Source: an uncultured Alphaproteobacteria bacterium (GTDB taxonomy: Bacteria > Pseudomonadota > Alphaproteobacteria > SMXQ01). Taken from it: a DNA stretch of 64,000 bases. This document shows, piece by piece, positions 33,095 to 41,886 of the stretch. The notes under the pieces were generated by a model, which was given only the letters and a program-made list of their open reading frames with translations, had not been told where the DNA came from and did not search any database. How positions within the stretch are numbered: the stretch's first letter is position 1; the number at the start of each line of letters is the position of its first letter. The stretch spans positions 1,687,289-1,751,288 of the forward strand of contig CAVTBD010000002.1 of NCBI GenBank assembly GCA_963732875.1, read 5' to 3'. A program made the translations under genes and the position numbers.

Positions 33095-34336
33095 TTACAG
33101 TCCCGAAACGAGATGGCCGTGCGGACGCGAGCCGAGCCGGCGGCCGCCCTTGGGCGTGATGATGATGGTGTCGCCCCATACCGACTCGTAATTGTCGTCG
33201 GCGGAGATGACGGCCGGCTTGAAGATGAATGCCATGTTCTCGCGAAGCTGGCGCGCGAGCTGCTCGGGGCGCACCTGGCTCGGCGTGATCAGCGGGCCGT
33301 CGTCGCCCTGGCCGCGCCCGTGCATGTTGAGACGCCCCGTGGCGCCCGCGGCGGGGCCCTTGGCGGGCACCGCCTTGGCCGTGAATTCCTTGGCCTTCTC
33401 CGCGATCTCGCCGACCGTGACGCCGGGCTTCAGTATCTCGAGCAGGCGCCGGTAGACCTCGCCCTGCACCTTGATCAGCTCCTTGTGCACGGGATCGACC
33501 TCCTGCACGAACACAGGCTGTACCTGCTGGGCACGGTAGCCGATCCAGGAAGCTTCGATCTCGTTGACGATCAGGTCGCCCTTCTCGATTTTGCGGAAGG
33601 TGGGGCGCGTGAGCGTGCCGCCCGGATTCTTCGCGCACACCCAGTTGCAATGGACCGGAATCTCCGAGCCGCTCATGAGCAGCGCCGACTGCACCGCCGC
33701 CCACACGTGCCAGTCGATGGCGCCGGGTTTTGCGGCGGCGACCTTGGCCTCGATCCCCTTCTCGATGATGTCGATGGATTTCTGCAGCGCGGCGATTTCC
33801 TCCTCGCTCTTCTGGTAGCGCGCCTCCTCCAGGATATGGGTCGCATCGACGAACTGCGCGTTGGGGAAGGCGTCGCGCATCTGGGTGTAGAAGCCGTGCA
33901 GCATGGTGCCCATGGGCGTGCGCGTGCCGACGCCGAGGCCGACCACGCCGACCTTGCCGTTGGTGGTGCCGAGCTCCTTCAGGTGCTCGAGCACGCCCGA
34001 CACGGTATTGCGGCGCGTGTTGTAGAGCTTGGTGGTCCAGAACTGGATGGGCGCGGCCCAGTCGGTATGGGCACGGTTGACGCAGGCCGACGGCTCGCCC
34101 TCGAGCGGGAAGGTCACCGCGACCTCGGTGTCACCGCCGCCGCCGACGTGGCTGAGCCAGCGCGCCGAGGACTGGAAGTCGGTCGAGTGGCCGGTGTTGT
34201 TGGGCACCACGATGACCGGCAGGTCCTCCTTCGCCATCAGCGAGCGAACGAGCTTCCAGCGCCGGTCGCGCTCGGCCAGCGAGAATTGCGGATAAAGCTG
34301 ACCCTGCCCCACGGGGTCGGTGACGGTCTTGGTCAT
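33095..34336 (-). CDS. M24 (creatinase/Xaa-Pro peptidase fold) hydrolase with substituted metal ligands
   Basis: FSLAERDRRW, RYQKSEEEI, GDLIVNE, HGRG, DTIIIT pita-bread fold motifs. Confidence 0.82.
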   Translation of the reverse strand: MTKTVTDPVGQGQLYPQFSLAERDRRWKLVRSLMAKEDLPVIVVPNNTGHSTDFQSSARWLSHVGGGGDTEVAVTFPLEGEPSACVNRAHTDWAAPIQFWTTKLYNTRRNTVSGVLEHLKELGTTNGKVGVVGLGVGTRTPMGTMLHGFYTQMRDAFPNAQFVDATHILEEARYQKSEEEIAALQKSIDIIEKGIEAKVAAAKPGAIDWHVWAAVQSALLMSGSEIPVHCNWVCAKNPGGTLTRPTFRKIEKGDLIVNEIEASWIGYRAQQVQPVFVQEVDPVHKELIKVQGEVYRRLLEILKPGVTVGEIAEKAKEFTAKAVPAKGPAAGATGRLNMHGRGQGDDGPLITPSQVRPEQLARQLRENMAFIFKPAVISADDNYESVWGDTIIITPKGGRRLGSRPHGHLVSGL

Positions 34337-34398
34337 GATGCGTTGCCTGCCCTTCGGATATGTTCTTGTTGGTGACGGCGCGACGGTGAACCGGTCTG

Positions 34399-35328
34399 TC
34401 AGGCCCGCGCCTGGCCCTCGCAGAATTCGATGAAGTTGCCGCCGGTGTCGCGCATGTAGAGCGAGCGCGCGACCGGCCCGTTGCCGCCGTGGTCGACCGG
34501 CCCGGCGAAGACGCACCCGCGCGCCTCGAGCCGGCGGGCGAGACCGTCGAGCCCGCCTCGGGCCACGGCGAGGCCGGTGCGCGGCGTGCCGATCAACTGC
34601 GCCTCGGGCGGCTCGGCGTAGTCCTCCATGGCCATGTAAACGCCGATGGTACCGGTGCCGGCGGTGAAATACATCTGCAGGGAAGGCCGCGGCTGCATCC
34701 GGTTCTGGCCCGGGATCTCGCGGTAGTACTTGACCAGCCGGCAGCAGCCGGGCGCCATCGCCGCCGCCTCGTTGCCCCACGCCTGGGCGCGGACGTAGTC
34801 CTCGGTGTCAAGGCCGGTCACGTGCTCGACCGGCAGGCCGAGCATGTCGCGGTAGAATGCCTCGGCCCACTGCATGTCGTAGTCCTGCACGCAGGCGTGG
34901 TCGATGCCGCTGACTCCGTCGCCAGTTGCCGCGTCTTTGGCGGCTACCAACTGGGCACGATTGCCCGAGGGATCAAACACGTAGAAATTATCGTCCGCCT
35001 CGGCGGGCCGGTCCTCGCGGTAGGTTTCGACCGTAAAGCCGAGCTCGGCGAGGCGCGCGGCCGCAGCCACGCGGCCCTTGGCCGAAATGCGGTAGCCCTG
35101 GTGCACGCCGGTCGCCGACATATCGGTCTTGTGAGGATTGCGCGCCAGCACGAGATGGCTCTCGCCCGCCCGCAGCACGGCGTTGGCGCCGGCCTCGGGC
35201 CAGGCGTCGCGCCCGACCACGCTGAATCCCAGGCCGTCGCGGTAGAACGCTTCGGCCGCGTCGAGGTCGGTGACCTCGATCACCAGATGGGACAGGCCCG
35301 CGAAACCGTTGCTCGCCACCGCGCTCAC
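34399..35328 (-). CDS. Two-domain VOC (glyoxalase/extradiol dioxygenase) family protein
   Basis: LSHLVIEV..FY...LG, FDPSGN, IDHACV, RDTGGNFIE; GTG start overlaps upstream TGA. Confidence 0.85.
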   Translation of the reverse strand: MSAVASNGFAGLSHLVIEVTDLDAAEAFYRDGLGFSVVGRDAWPEAGANAVLRAGESHLVLARNPHKTDMSATGVHQGYRISAKGRVAAAARLAELGFTVETYREDRPAEADDNFYVFDPSGNRAQLVAAKDAATGDGVSGIDHACVQDYDMQWAEAFYRDMLGLPVEHVTGLDTEDYVRAQAWGNEAAAMAPGCCRLVKYYREIPGQNRMQPRPSLQMYFTAGTGTIGVYMAMEDYAEPPEAQLIGTPRTGLAVARGGLDGLARRLEARGCVFAGPVDHGGNGPVARSLYMRDTGGNFIEFCEGQARA

Positions 35329-35792
35329 TCCGGGCTCAGGTAGCTGCGGTTCTTGGGCAGGTCACCTTCGTCGCGCCGCCATACGAACTCGAGAAAATTG
35401 CCGGACGGGTCCTTGAAGTAGATCGATTCGCCGAACGGCCCCTTCGCGGGCTGGGCGACCGGGCCCTGGAACGGCACGTCATGCGCCTTGAGCGAGGCGA
35501 CGATCGCGTCGAACTTGTCGCGCGACACCTGGAAGCCGTGGCGGAAGCCGTGGGCCCCGCGGAACTGGTCGGCGGGCGGCATGTCCATCCGGTTGCGCGC
35601 GACCGTCAGGGCCAGCAGGAAGTCGCCGATCACGTAGGACTTGAAGATCGCCGCGCCGGTCTTGACGTCCTCATACGCGAAGCAGGTGCAGCCGTGGGGT
35701 GTGGCACCGAGAACGTCGCGGTAGAACGCTTCCGCCGCCTGCATGTCGGAAACCGGCATGGCGGTGTGGTTGAGGCTGTGCATGCCGCTCAT
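35325..35792 (-). CDS. Single-domain VOC family protein
   Basis: GGAGG RBS; LNHTAMPV..FY...LG, RHGF, YFKDPSGNFLE. Confidence 0.85.
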   Translation of the reverse strand: MSGMHSLNHTAMPVSDMQAAEAFYRDVLGATPHGCTCFAYEDVKTGAAIFKSYVIGDFLLALTVARNRMDMPPADQFRGAHGFRHGFQVSRDKFDAIVASLKAHDVPFQGPVAQPAKGPFGESIYFKDPSGNFLEFVWRRDEGDLPKNRSYLSPE

Positions 35793-35803
35793 GGTATCCT
35801 CCA

Positions 35804-36619
35804 TCACACGTGCTCGTAGGCGGCGGTGTCGCTGGCGGCGCCGGGCTCGGCCGGCACCGCGTCCGATGCCGACGCGGTCTTGCGCATCAGCAGCACGTCG
35901 GTATCGACCGTAATGTCGCCCGCCGCGTCGATCGCCACCGGATGGAGCCGCAGCGGCGCCAGCGTGTCGAACGGATGATGGCTGTTGGAGCGGCCCTGCC
36001 GGTCGAAGGTCGCCTTGTGGTAGGGGCAGTAGAAATGCCAGTGGTTGGGCTTCCACTGCACCAGCCCGTTCATGTGGGTGCACCAGCGCGACAGCGCGAG
36101 GAACCCTTCCTCGCGCCGCACCAGGTAGAACTTGCCCTCGTTGAACGACCGCACCTCGCCGACCGCGTAGTCGGCGATATTGCCGCAATCGATCCGACCG
36201 GCCTCGGGCTTGAGGATGGTGTAGGCCTCCGGGCCCACGGTCTGGACCTGATAGCGGTGCCCGTCGGGGTCAAACACGTCGAAGCTCTTCTGGCCCATGG
36301 CGCGCATCGCCTCGCGCGTGTCGGCGATGGGGAAGCCCTTTTCATTGAGACGCGCCCGCGCCGCGGCGTGCTGTTCAGGAGTCAGATACCAGGCATGGTG
36401 GATCGAGGTGGTCTTGCCGCGGAACGGCTCGACCGAGGGCACCTCGACCAGCACCACCAGATGGCCCGACTGGGTGCGGAACAGCGAGGTCGGCCCGTCG
36501 TCGGCCACGAGGTCGCGGCCCATGGGCTCGAGCCCCATGATGTCGCGATAGAAGTCCTCCGACCGGTCGAGGTCGGTGACATGTATCGTCAGATGGCTGA
36601 GCCCTTCGACCTGGGTCAC
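35804..36619 (-). CDS. VOC domain fused to a C-terminal Rieske [2Fe-2S] domain
   Basis: LSHLTIHV..FY, HHAW, FDPDGH; then CTHMNG...CPYH Rieske motif. Confidence 0.88.
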   Translation of the reverse strand: MTQVEGLSHLTIHVTDLDRSEDFYRDIMGLEPMGRDLVADDGPTSLFRTQSGHLVVLVEVPSVEPFRGKTTSIHHAWYLTPEQHAAARARLNEKGFPIADTREAMRAMGQKSFDVFDPDGHRYQVQTVGPEAYTILKPEAGRIDCGNIADYAVGEVRSFNEGKFYLVRREEGFLALSRWCTHMNGLVQWKPNHWHFYCPYHKATFDRQGRSNSHHPFDTLAPLRLHPVAIDAAGDITVDTDVLLMRKTASASDAVPAEPGAASDTAAYEHV

Positions 36620-36816
36620 GTGACTCTCCCTTTCCGGTACCGGCGGCGCCCGCCAAGGGAGGCGCGTCCTGTTGGTTCTTTCCTGCCGTTACCGAAGCCA
36701 AGCTTAGCCGCGCGTTTCGGCGATGAATAGCCCCGGACGGAGAAAGAAACCCTTGCCGGATGGGGGTAAATGGGGCTTGCCTTGCGGCATACCCGGCTTA
36801 ATCTATCTTTGCCCCC

Positions 36817-37221
36817 ATGACCGCCCCTGCCGATACCCCCCGTCCGCTTTCCGCCCCCGCCCTGGCCGCCATCCTGTTCGCCGCGCTTGCCGGCTGCGCG
36901 GCGGTCGCGCTCGGCGCGCTCGCCGCGCATGGCCTTGACGATTCCGTCCGCGCCCTCGCCGAGATCGCCGCGCGCTACGCCATGTGGCACGCGCTCGCCA
37001 TGATCGCCGCGGCACTCGTTCTCGACCGGACCGGGCGCGGCCGTACCCTCATCCTGGCCGCGCTGACGCTGTTCGCCATTGGCATCGTGCTGTTCTCGGG
37101 CGGGCTCACGGCACTCACCTTCGGCATCGATACCCGCACCGCGCCGCTCGGCGGCATGGCCTTCATGGCCGGCTGGATCGCACTCGCCCTCGCGGCCGTA
37201 CGCGCGCTGCTGCGCCGCTGA
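36817..37221 (+). CDS. DUF423 (YgdD/TMEM256-like) membrane protein
   Basis: GALAAHG, YAMWHALA, GIVLFSG, APLGG..F..GW. Confidence 0.85.
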   Translation: MTAPADTPRPLSAPALAAILFAALAGCAAVALGALAAHGLDDSVRALAEIAARYAMWHALAMIAAALVLDRTGRGRTLILAALTLFAIGIVLFSGGLTALTFGIDTRTAPLGGMAFMAGWIALALAAVRALLRR

Positions 37222-37296
37222 CCGGCATCGCGCCTGGCGACAGGAAGCGGCCGGGCACGGGGCCCGGCCGAAGTCATGAAGATGAAGATGGGGACT

Positions 37297-37334
37297 GAAA
37301 AAACGGGCGCGGTCCTAAAAAGGGCCGCGCCCGT
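37297..37334 (-). terminator. Intrinsic terminator for the small protein gene
   Basis: Minus strand acgggcgcggccct-tttt-aggaccgcgcccgt followed by T-tract. Confidence 0.8.
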
Positions 37335-37347
37335 CAAGTCGGCTCCG

Positions 37348-37503
37348 TCACACGAGGCCGAACCGCAATGGAATCAGGTGCCCGAAGGCCACGATGGCAA
37401 CGAGGGCGAGCAGCGCCACGACGATGAGGAGAGTGCCGCGTCCTGGCCGGGTGGCTTCCGAAACGTAGCTCTGATCACTTGTCGGGCGGATAACTCTTGT
37501 CAT
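37348..37503 (-). CDS. Small (51 aa) single-TM protein
   Basis: AGGAGG RBS, ATG, hydrophobic C-terminal helix LLIVVALLALVAIVAF, own terminator immediately downstream. Confidence 0.7.
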   Translation of the reverse strand: MTRVIRPTSDQSYVSEATRPGRGTLLIVVALLALVAIVAFGHLIPLRFGLV

Positions 37504-37590
37504 GAACGCCTCCTGATTTCTTATGCCCATGAACACTAGCGGGCCGCCCCCCGGCAAATCCTGAGCGGCGCATTAAAAGTTGTTAATGTT
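37464..37590. repeat. Direct repeat copy 1 (copy 2 at 41641-41886, interrupted by a RIME)
   Basis: ttgtcgggcggataactcttgt identical at 37479 and 41656; agcgggccgcccc...aatcctgagc...cattaaa.gttgtt shared. Confidence 0.85.
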
Positions 37591-37691
37591 GATGCTTCCT
37601 GACGCGCGCTGGGGCCATATCGTTACCGTCCAGGCCGCGTCGCAACCGCCATGAACGCCCAACAGCGGCATAGGGATTTGAATCCTGCGTC

Positions 37692-38474
37692 ATGAATGCC
37701 CGCTGTCGATCATTTCCCTGGAAGCTGTTCGGTGCGGAACTGATCGGCACGGCATTGCTGGTCGCGATCGGGCTTTCGGTCGTGATTTTCGATTTCGGCC
37801 GGGGCAGTCCGGTGCTCGAGTGGCTGCCGAGCGCCGCATGGCGGCGCCTCGTGACGGGCCTGCTGTTCGGCACGACCGGCGCGGCGATCGCCCTGTCTGC
37901 CCTCGGCAAGGAAAGCGGCGCCCACATTAATCCGGTCGTCACCCTCGCCTTCTGGCTGACGGGCCGGCTCAAGACGCGCCACGCCCTGGGCTATGTGGTA
38001 TCGCAGCTTGCCGGCGCGATCATCGGCGCACTGCCGTTGTTCGCCTGGGGCGGCATCGGACGCAGCGTGGCCTATGGCGCGACCGTGCCGGGCGATGCTT
38101 ACGGCCCGTGGTGGGGCCTGGCGGGCGAGACGGCGACCACCTTCGCCCTGGTGTTCGGACTGTTTCTGTTTCTGCGGCATCGATCCCTCAGGGCCTTCAC
38201 GCCCGCCCTTTTCCCCCCTCTCTATGCGATCATGGTGTGGCTCGAAGCGCCGGTCTCGGGCACCAGCACCAATCCGGCACGCAGTCTCGGGCCGGCGATG
38301 ATCTCGGGCGAGTGGCGCGACTGGTGGATTTACTGGCTCGGGCCCCTGGCGGGGACGCTGCTGGCAGTCGCCGCCCATCGATATACACGCGCGCGTCACG
38401 AGACTATCGAGGTCGCCAAGATTCACCACTTCGACCACGACCGCTATGGCGTATTCCACGTCCCGGCGCAATAG
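37692..38474 (+). CDS. MIP/aquaporin family protein (NPV/NPA variant)
   Basis: AELIGT, SGAHINPVVT, SGTSTNPARSLGP, WIYWLGP. Confidence 0.92.
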   Translation: MNARCRSFPWKLFGAELIGTALLVAIGLSVVIFDFGRGSPVLEWLPSAAWRRLVTGLLFGTTGAAIALSALGKESGAHINPVVTLAFWLTGRLKTRHALGYVVSQLAGAIIGALPLFAWGGIGRSVAYGATVPGDAYGPWWGLAGETATTFALVFGLFLFLRHRSLRAFTPALFPPLYAIMVWLEAPVSGTSTNPARSLGPAMISGEWRDWWIYWLGPLAGTLLAVAAHRYTRARHETIEVAKIHHFDHDRYGVFHVPAQ

Positions 38475-38487
38475 ATCGGCGATATTC

Positions 38488-40818
38488 ATGAAAGCTCCCT
38501 CCATCACGCCTTCGCGCCCGACCTGGGCATCCGCCCGCAAGGACATGGTGGGCGCCAGCCTGGGATCATCGAGACTGTGGTTCACCGTCGCGGAAGGCAT
38601 CGTCACCGAAGTCTATTACCCACGAATCGACATTCCCCAGATCAAGGACCTGGGATTCATCGTCGCAGACGACCGGGGATTCTGGGTCGAGCTGCGCCGC
38701 CTGGGCAACTACCAGATATCCCTGCCCAGACCGGGGGTGCCGGCGGTGGAGATCGTGCATCGCCACCCGCGCTTCACCTTCACGCTGCAGATATGCCCTT
38801 CGCAACGTTGCGACGTGCTGCTGCTGCGCTATCGGCTGGAAGGCGATGAAGGCTTGCGGCCTTATGCACTCCTGGCGGCACGCCTCGGTGGCGATGCGGA
38901 AAACAACATCGCGTCTGTCGCAGCGCACAACGGCCGCTCCGTCCTGTGGGCAGAGCAGGGACCTTTCGCGCTGGCGCTGTCGGCCGTGGACCGGGACGGC
39001 GCCGATGCTTGGCGGCGATGCTCGGTCGGATGCCTTGAGACGAGCGACGGCTGGCAAGACTTCAACCGGAACGGCCGCATGACGTGGCAATACGACAGCG
39101 CCGGGCCGGGGGCGGTCGCCCTGATCGGCGAGCTTCCCGCCGAGGCGACGCTCGCGCTCGGCCTCAGCACCAGCAAGATCGCCGCGGCGACACTCGCGCT
39201 ATCGACCCTCGTGGCCGATTTTTCCGCGGTATGGAACGGACAATGCCGCGCCTGGGAGACATGGCTGGCACAAGGCCGGCGCCCCGAGACGCGCGCCGAC
39301 ATCGACCGCATGCTCACACTGTCAGCGACCGTGCTGAAGGTCCACCAGGATCGAACCTATTGCGGCGCGGCCGTGGCGAGCCTGTCGGTGCCCTGGGGCG
39401 ACGCCTCCCAAAGCCGCGGCGGCTATCACCTCGTGTGGTCACGCGACCTGGTCGAGACGGCGGGTGCCCTGATCGCCATGGAGGCCTACGACGACGCGCG
39501 GGACACCCTGCGCTACCTCATCGCGACACAACAGTCTGATGGTCACTGGCTCCAGAACCAGTGGCTGGGCGGCACACCGTTCTGGCGCGGCGTCCAGCTC
39601 GACGAAACGGCATTTCCCGTGCTGTTGGCATCGGCCCTGAACGAGCGGCAGGCACTCGACGGGACCCCGGTCAAGGACATGATCGTGCATGCCCTGAGCT
39701 TCATCGCCCGCAACGGCCCCGGAACGAGTCAGGATCGCTGGGAAGAAGACGCCGGCATAAACACGTTCACGCTCGCCGTCGCCATCGCCGCCCTGGTCGA
39801 GGGAAGCGCCTTTCTCGATGAAGAGGCCCGTGAATTCGCGTTGCGTCTGGCCGATCTGTGGAACGCGCGTCTGGAGGATTGGACCTTCGTCCGGGACACG
39901 CCGACGGCGCGCCGGGTCGGCGTGGGCGGATACTACATCCGCACGGTACCGTCCGACGTGCTGACGCAAGCCGGCAACCCATCGGAGCACGTGCAGATCA
40001 AGAATCTCGCCCATGATCCGGACTTGCCGGCCAGCGCCCAGATTTCCACCGATTTCCTGCAACTCGTGCGCTACGGCCTGAGGCGGGCGGACGATCCCTG
40101 CATCGTCGACACGCTGAAAGTCGCCGACCAGTTACTGAAGACCGACACGCCAAGCGGTCCGGTCTGGCACCGCTACAACGACGACGGCTACGGGGAGCAC
40201 GAGGACGGCAGCCCATTCGACGGTACGGGACATGGGCGCGGCTGGCCTCTGCTGACCGGCGAGCGCGGACACTATGCACTCGCGGCGGGCGAGGACGCCC
40301 TGCCCTATATCGAGGCGTTGATGGCGATGAGCAGCTCCCTCGGACTGCTTCCCGAGCAGGTATGGGACAGCGCACCGGTGCCCGAATTCGGATTGGAGCC
40401 CGGCAGACCGAGCGGTTCCGCCATGCCGCTGGTATGGGCGCACAGCGAATTCATCAAGCTGTGCTACAGCCGCTTGCTGGGCCGCCCGGTCGATCGCCCC
40501 GCGGCCACCTGGGCCCGCTATGGCGGCGTGCGCCCTGGTATCGACTACGACATTTGGGGGCCCAGCTACCGCCCGCGTCGCCTGCGCGCGGGCAACGCGC
40601 TGTCCGTCGCGCTTACCGTGCCGGCGCGGGTGCATTGGGGCATCAATGGCTGGAAAGAAGTCCGGGACATCGACACCCGCAACACCGGGCTCGGCCTGCA
40701 TATCGCAGATCTGCCCGTGACGGCGCTTACCGCCGGGGAGACCGTTCAATTCACGTTTTTCCGGCTCGATTCGGAGACATGGGAAGGCAAGGACTATGAA
40801 ATGCAGATTGTGGACTGA
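38488..40818 (+). CDS. GH15 glucoamylase/glucodextranase with C-terminal carbohydrate-binding module
   Basis: WFTVAEGIVTEVYYP N-domain, GGYHLVWSRD, QLDE, QDRWEE, LLPEQVW, SAMPLVWAH, HWGINGW. Confidence 0.92.
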   Translation: MKAPSITPSRPTWASARKDMVGASLGSSRLWFTVAEGIVTEVYYPRIDIPQIKDLGFIVADDRGFWVELRRLGNYQISLPRPGVPAVEIVHRHPRFTFTLQICPSQRCDVLLLRYRLEGDEGLRPYALLAARLGGDAENNIASVAAHNGRSVLWAEQGPFALALSAVDRDGADAWRRCSVGCLETSDGWQDFNRNGRMTWQYDSAGPGAVALIGELPAEATLALGLSTSKIAAATLALSTLVADFSAVWNGQCRAWETWLAQGRRPETRADIDRMLTLSATVLKVHQDRTYCGAAVASLSVPWGDASQSRGGYHLVWSRDLVETAGALIAMEAYDDARDTLRYLIATQQSDGHWLQNQWLGGTPFWRGVQLDETAFPVLLASALNERQALDGTPVKDMIVHALSFIARNGPGTSQDRWEEDAGINTFTLAVAIAALVEGSAFLDEEAREFALRLADLWNARLEDWTFVRDTPTARRVGVGGYYIRTVPSDVLTQAGNPSEHVQIKNLAHDPDLPASAQISTDFLQLVRYGLRRADDPCIVDTLKVADQLLKTDTPSGPVWHRYNDDGYGEHEDGSPFDGTGHGRGWPLLTGERGHYALAAGEDALPYIEALMAMSSSLGLLPEQVWDSAPVPEFGLEPGRPSGSAMPLVWAHSEFIKLCYSRLLGRPVDRPAATWARYGGVRPGIDYDIWGPSYRPRRLRAGNALSVALTVPARVHWGINGWKEVRDIDTRNTGLGLHIADLPVTALTAGETVQFTFFRLDSETWEGKDYEMQIVD

Positions 40819-40833
40819 GGAAGGGACGGCACG

Positions 40834-41622
40834 ATGATCCCCATCGATCTGAGTGGACGAGCAGCTCTCATCACCGGCGGCGATTCTGGGCTTGGCGCGG
40901 CGACCGCGGCGTCGCTGGCGGAAGCCGGCGCCGACGTCGCCATCACCTATCAGGTGAAGCCGGAGGCGGCGGAAAGGATCGCCGCCGCGGCGCGGACGTA
41001 CGGCGTCAGGGCCGCCGCCGTTCAACTCGCCGACGTGTCCAGTCAAGCCGATGTGGCGGCACTGTTCCATCTCATGGATCAGGATTTCGGCGGCATCGAT
41101 ATTCTCGTCAACAACGCCGGTATGGACGGGCCACGCGCTTTATGCGCCGACAGCGATCCCGCCGCCTGGCGCCAGGTGCTCGAGGTCGATCTGGTCGGCG
41201 CCTACTACTGCGCGCGCGAAGCGGTGACACGCATGCGCATGCGCGGCGGCGGCGTCATCATCAACACCACCTCGGTGCACGAGTTCATTCCCTGGGCCGG
41301 ATACAGCGCCTACGCCGCCGCCAAGGCGGGCCTCAGCATGTTCAGCAAGACGCTGGCGCAGGAGGTCGCGGCCGACGGCATCCGCGTGATCGCCGTCGCC
41401 CCCGGCGCCATCAAGACCCCGATCAACGCCAACGTGTGGCAGGACCCGAAGGGCCTTGCCGATCTCGATGCGAAAATTCCCATGGGCCGCGTCGGCGAGC
41501 CCGACGAGATCGGCCGCACCGTCGCGTTCCTGTGCAGCGACCTGGCCGGCTACGTGACCGGCATCACGGTTCCGGTCGACGGCGGCATGCTGCTCTACCC
41601 GGACTTCCGTCACGGCGGCTGA
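40834..41622 (+). CDS. Glucose 1-dehydrogenase-like SDR
   Basis: TGGDSGLG, SVHEFIPW, YAAAK, APGAIKTPIN, DGGMLLYP. Confidence 0.85.
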   Translation: MIPIDLSGRAALITGGDSGLGAATAASLAEAGADVAITYQVKPEAAERIAAAARTYGVRAAAVQLADVSSQADVAALFHLMDQDFGGIDILVNNAGMDGPRALCADSDPAAWRQVLEVDLVGAYYCAREAVTRMRMRGGGVIINTTSVHEFIPWAGYSAYAAAKAGLSMFSKTLAQEVAADGIRVIAVAPGAIKTPINANVWQDPKGLADLDAKIPMGRVGEPDEIGRTVAFLCSDLAGYVTGITVPVDGGMLLYPDFRHGG

Positions 41623-41640
41623 TATCGAGCACGCGCCGGA

Positions 41641-41886
41641 CGTAACCCTGATCGGTTGTCGGGCGGATAACTCTTGTTACTAGAGCAGGGTCGGTTCGGA
41701 TTGACTAAATCTGAACCGTGAATCCTGCTCTAGATTTGAAGTATAGAGCCTGATTCACGGCTCAAGATCGTTCCGATCTGAGCCGATCAGGCTCTAACGC
41801 CTTCCTGACTCCTTACGTCACGCACACGGACACGAGCGGGCCGCCCCCGGGCGAATCCTGAGCAATGCATTAAAGTTGTTGATGTT
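41641..41886. repeat. Direct repeat copy 2 (degenerate 5' half of small-protein gene and its upstream region)
   Basis: Aligns to 37464-37590 on both sides of the RIME insertion. Confidence 0.8.
41680..41797. mobile_element. RIME-like double-hairpin intergenic mosaic element (MITE-like)
   Basis: Arms ctagagcagg/cctgctctag (41680-41733) and tagagcctgat/atcaggctcta (41744-41796) around an AT-rich spacer. Confidence 0.8.

Noticed and set aside
37200-37350. attL/attR duplicate of the tRNA-Leu 3' end at the island's left edge
   Set aside because: No match to tggtgcccccggggagactcgaac was found by eye.
37570-37590. CtrA box ttaa-aagttg-ttaa
   Set aside because: Spacing is 6 rather than 7 nt and the second repeat copy does not keep it.
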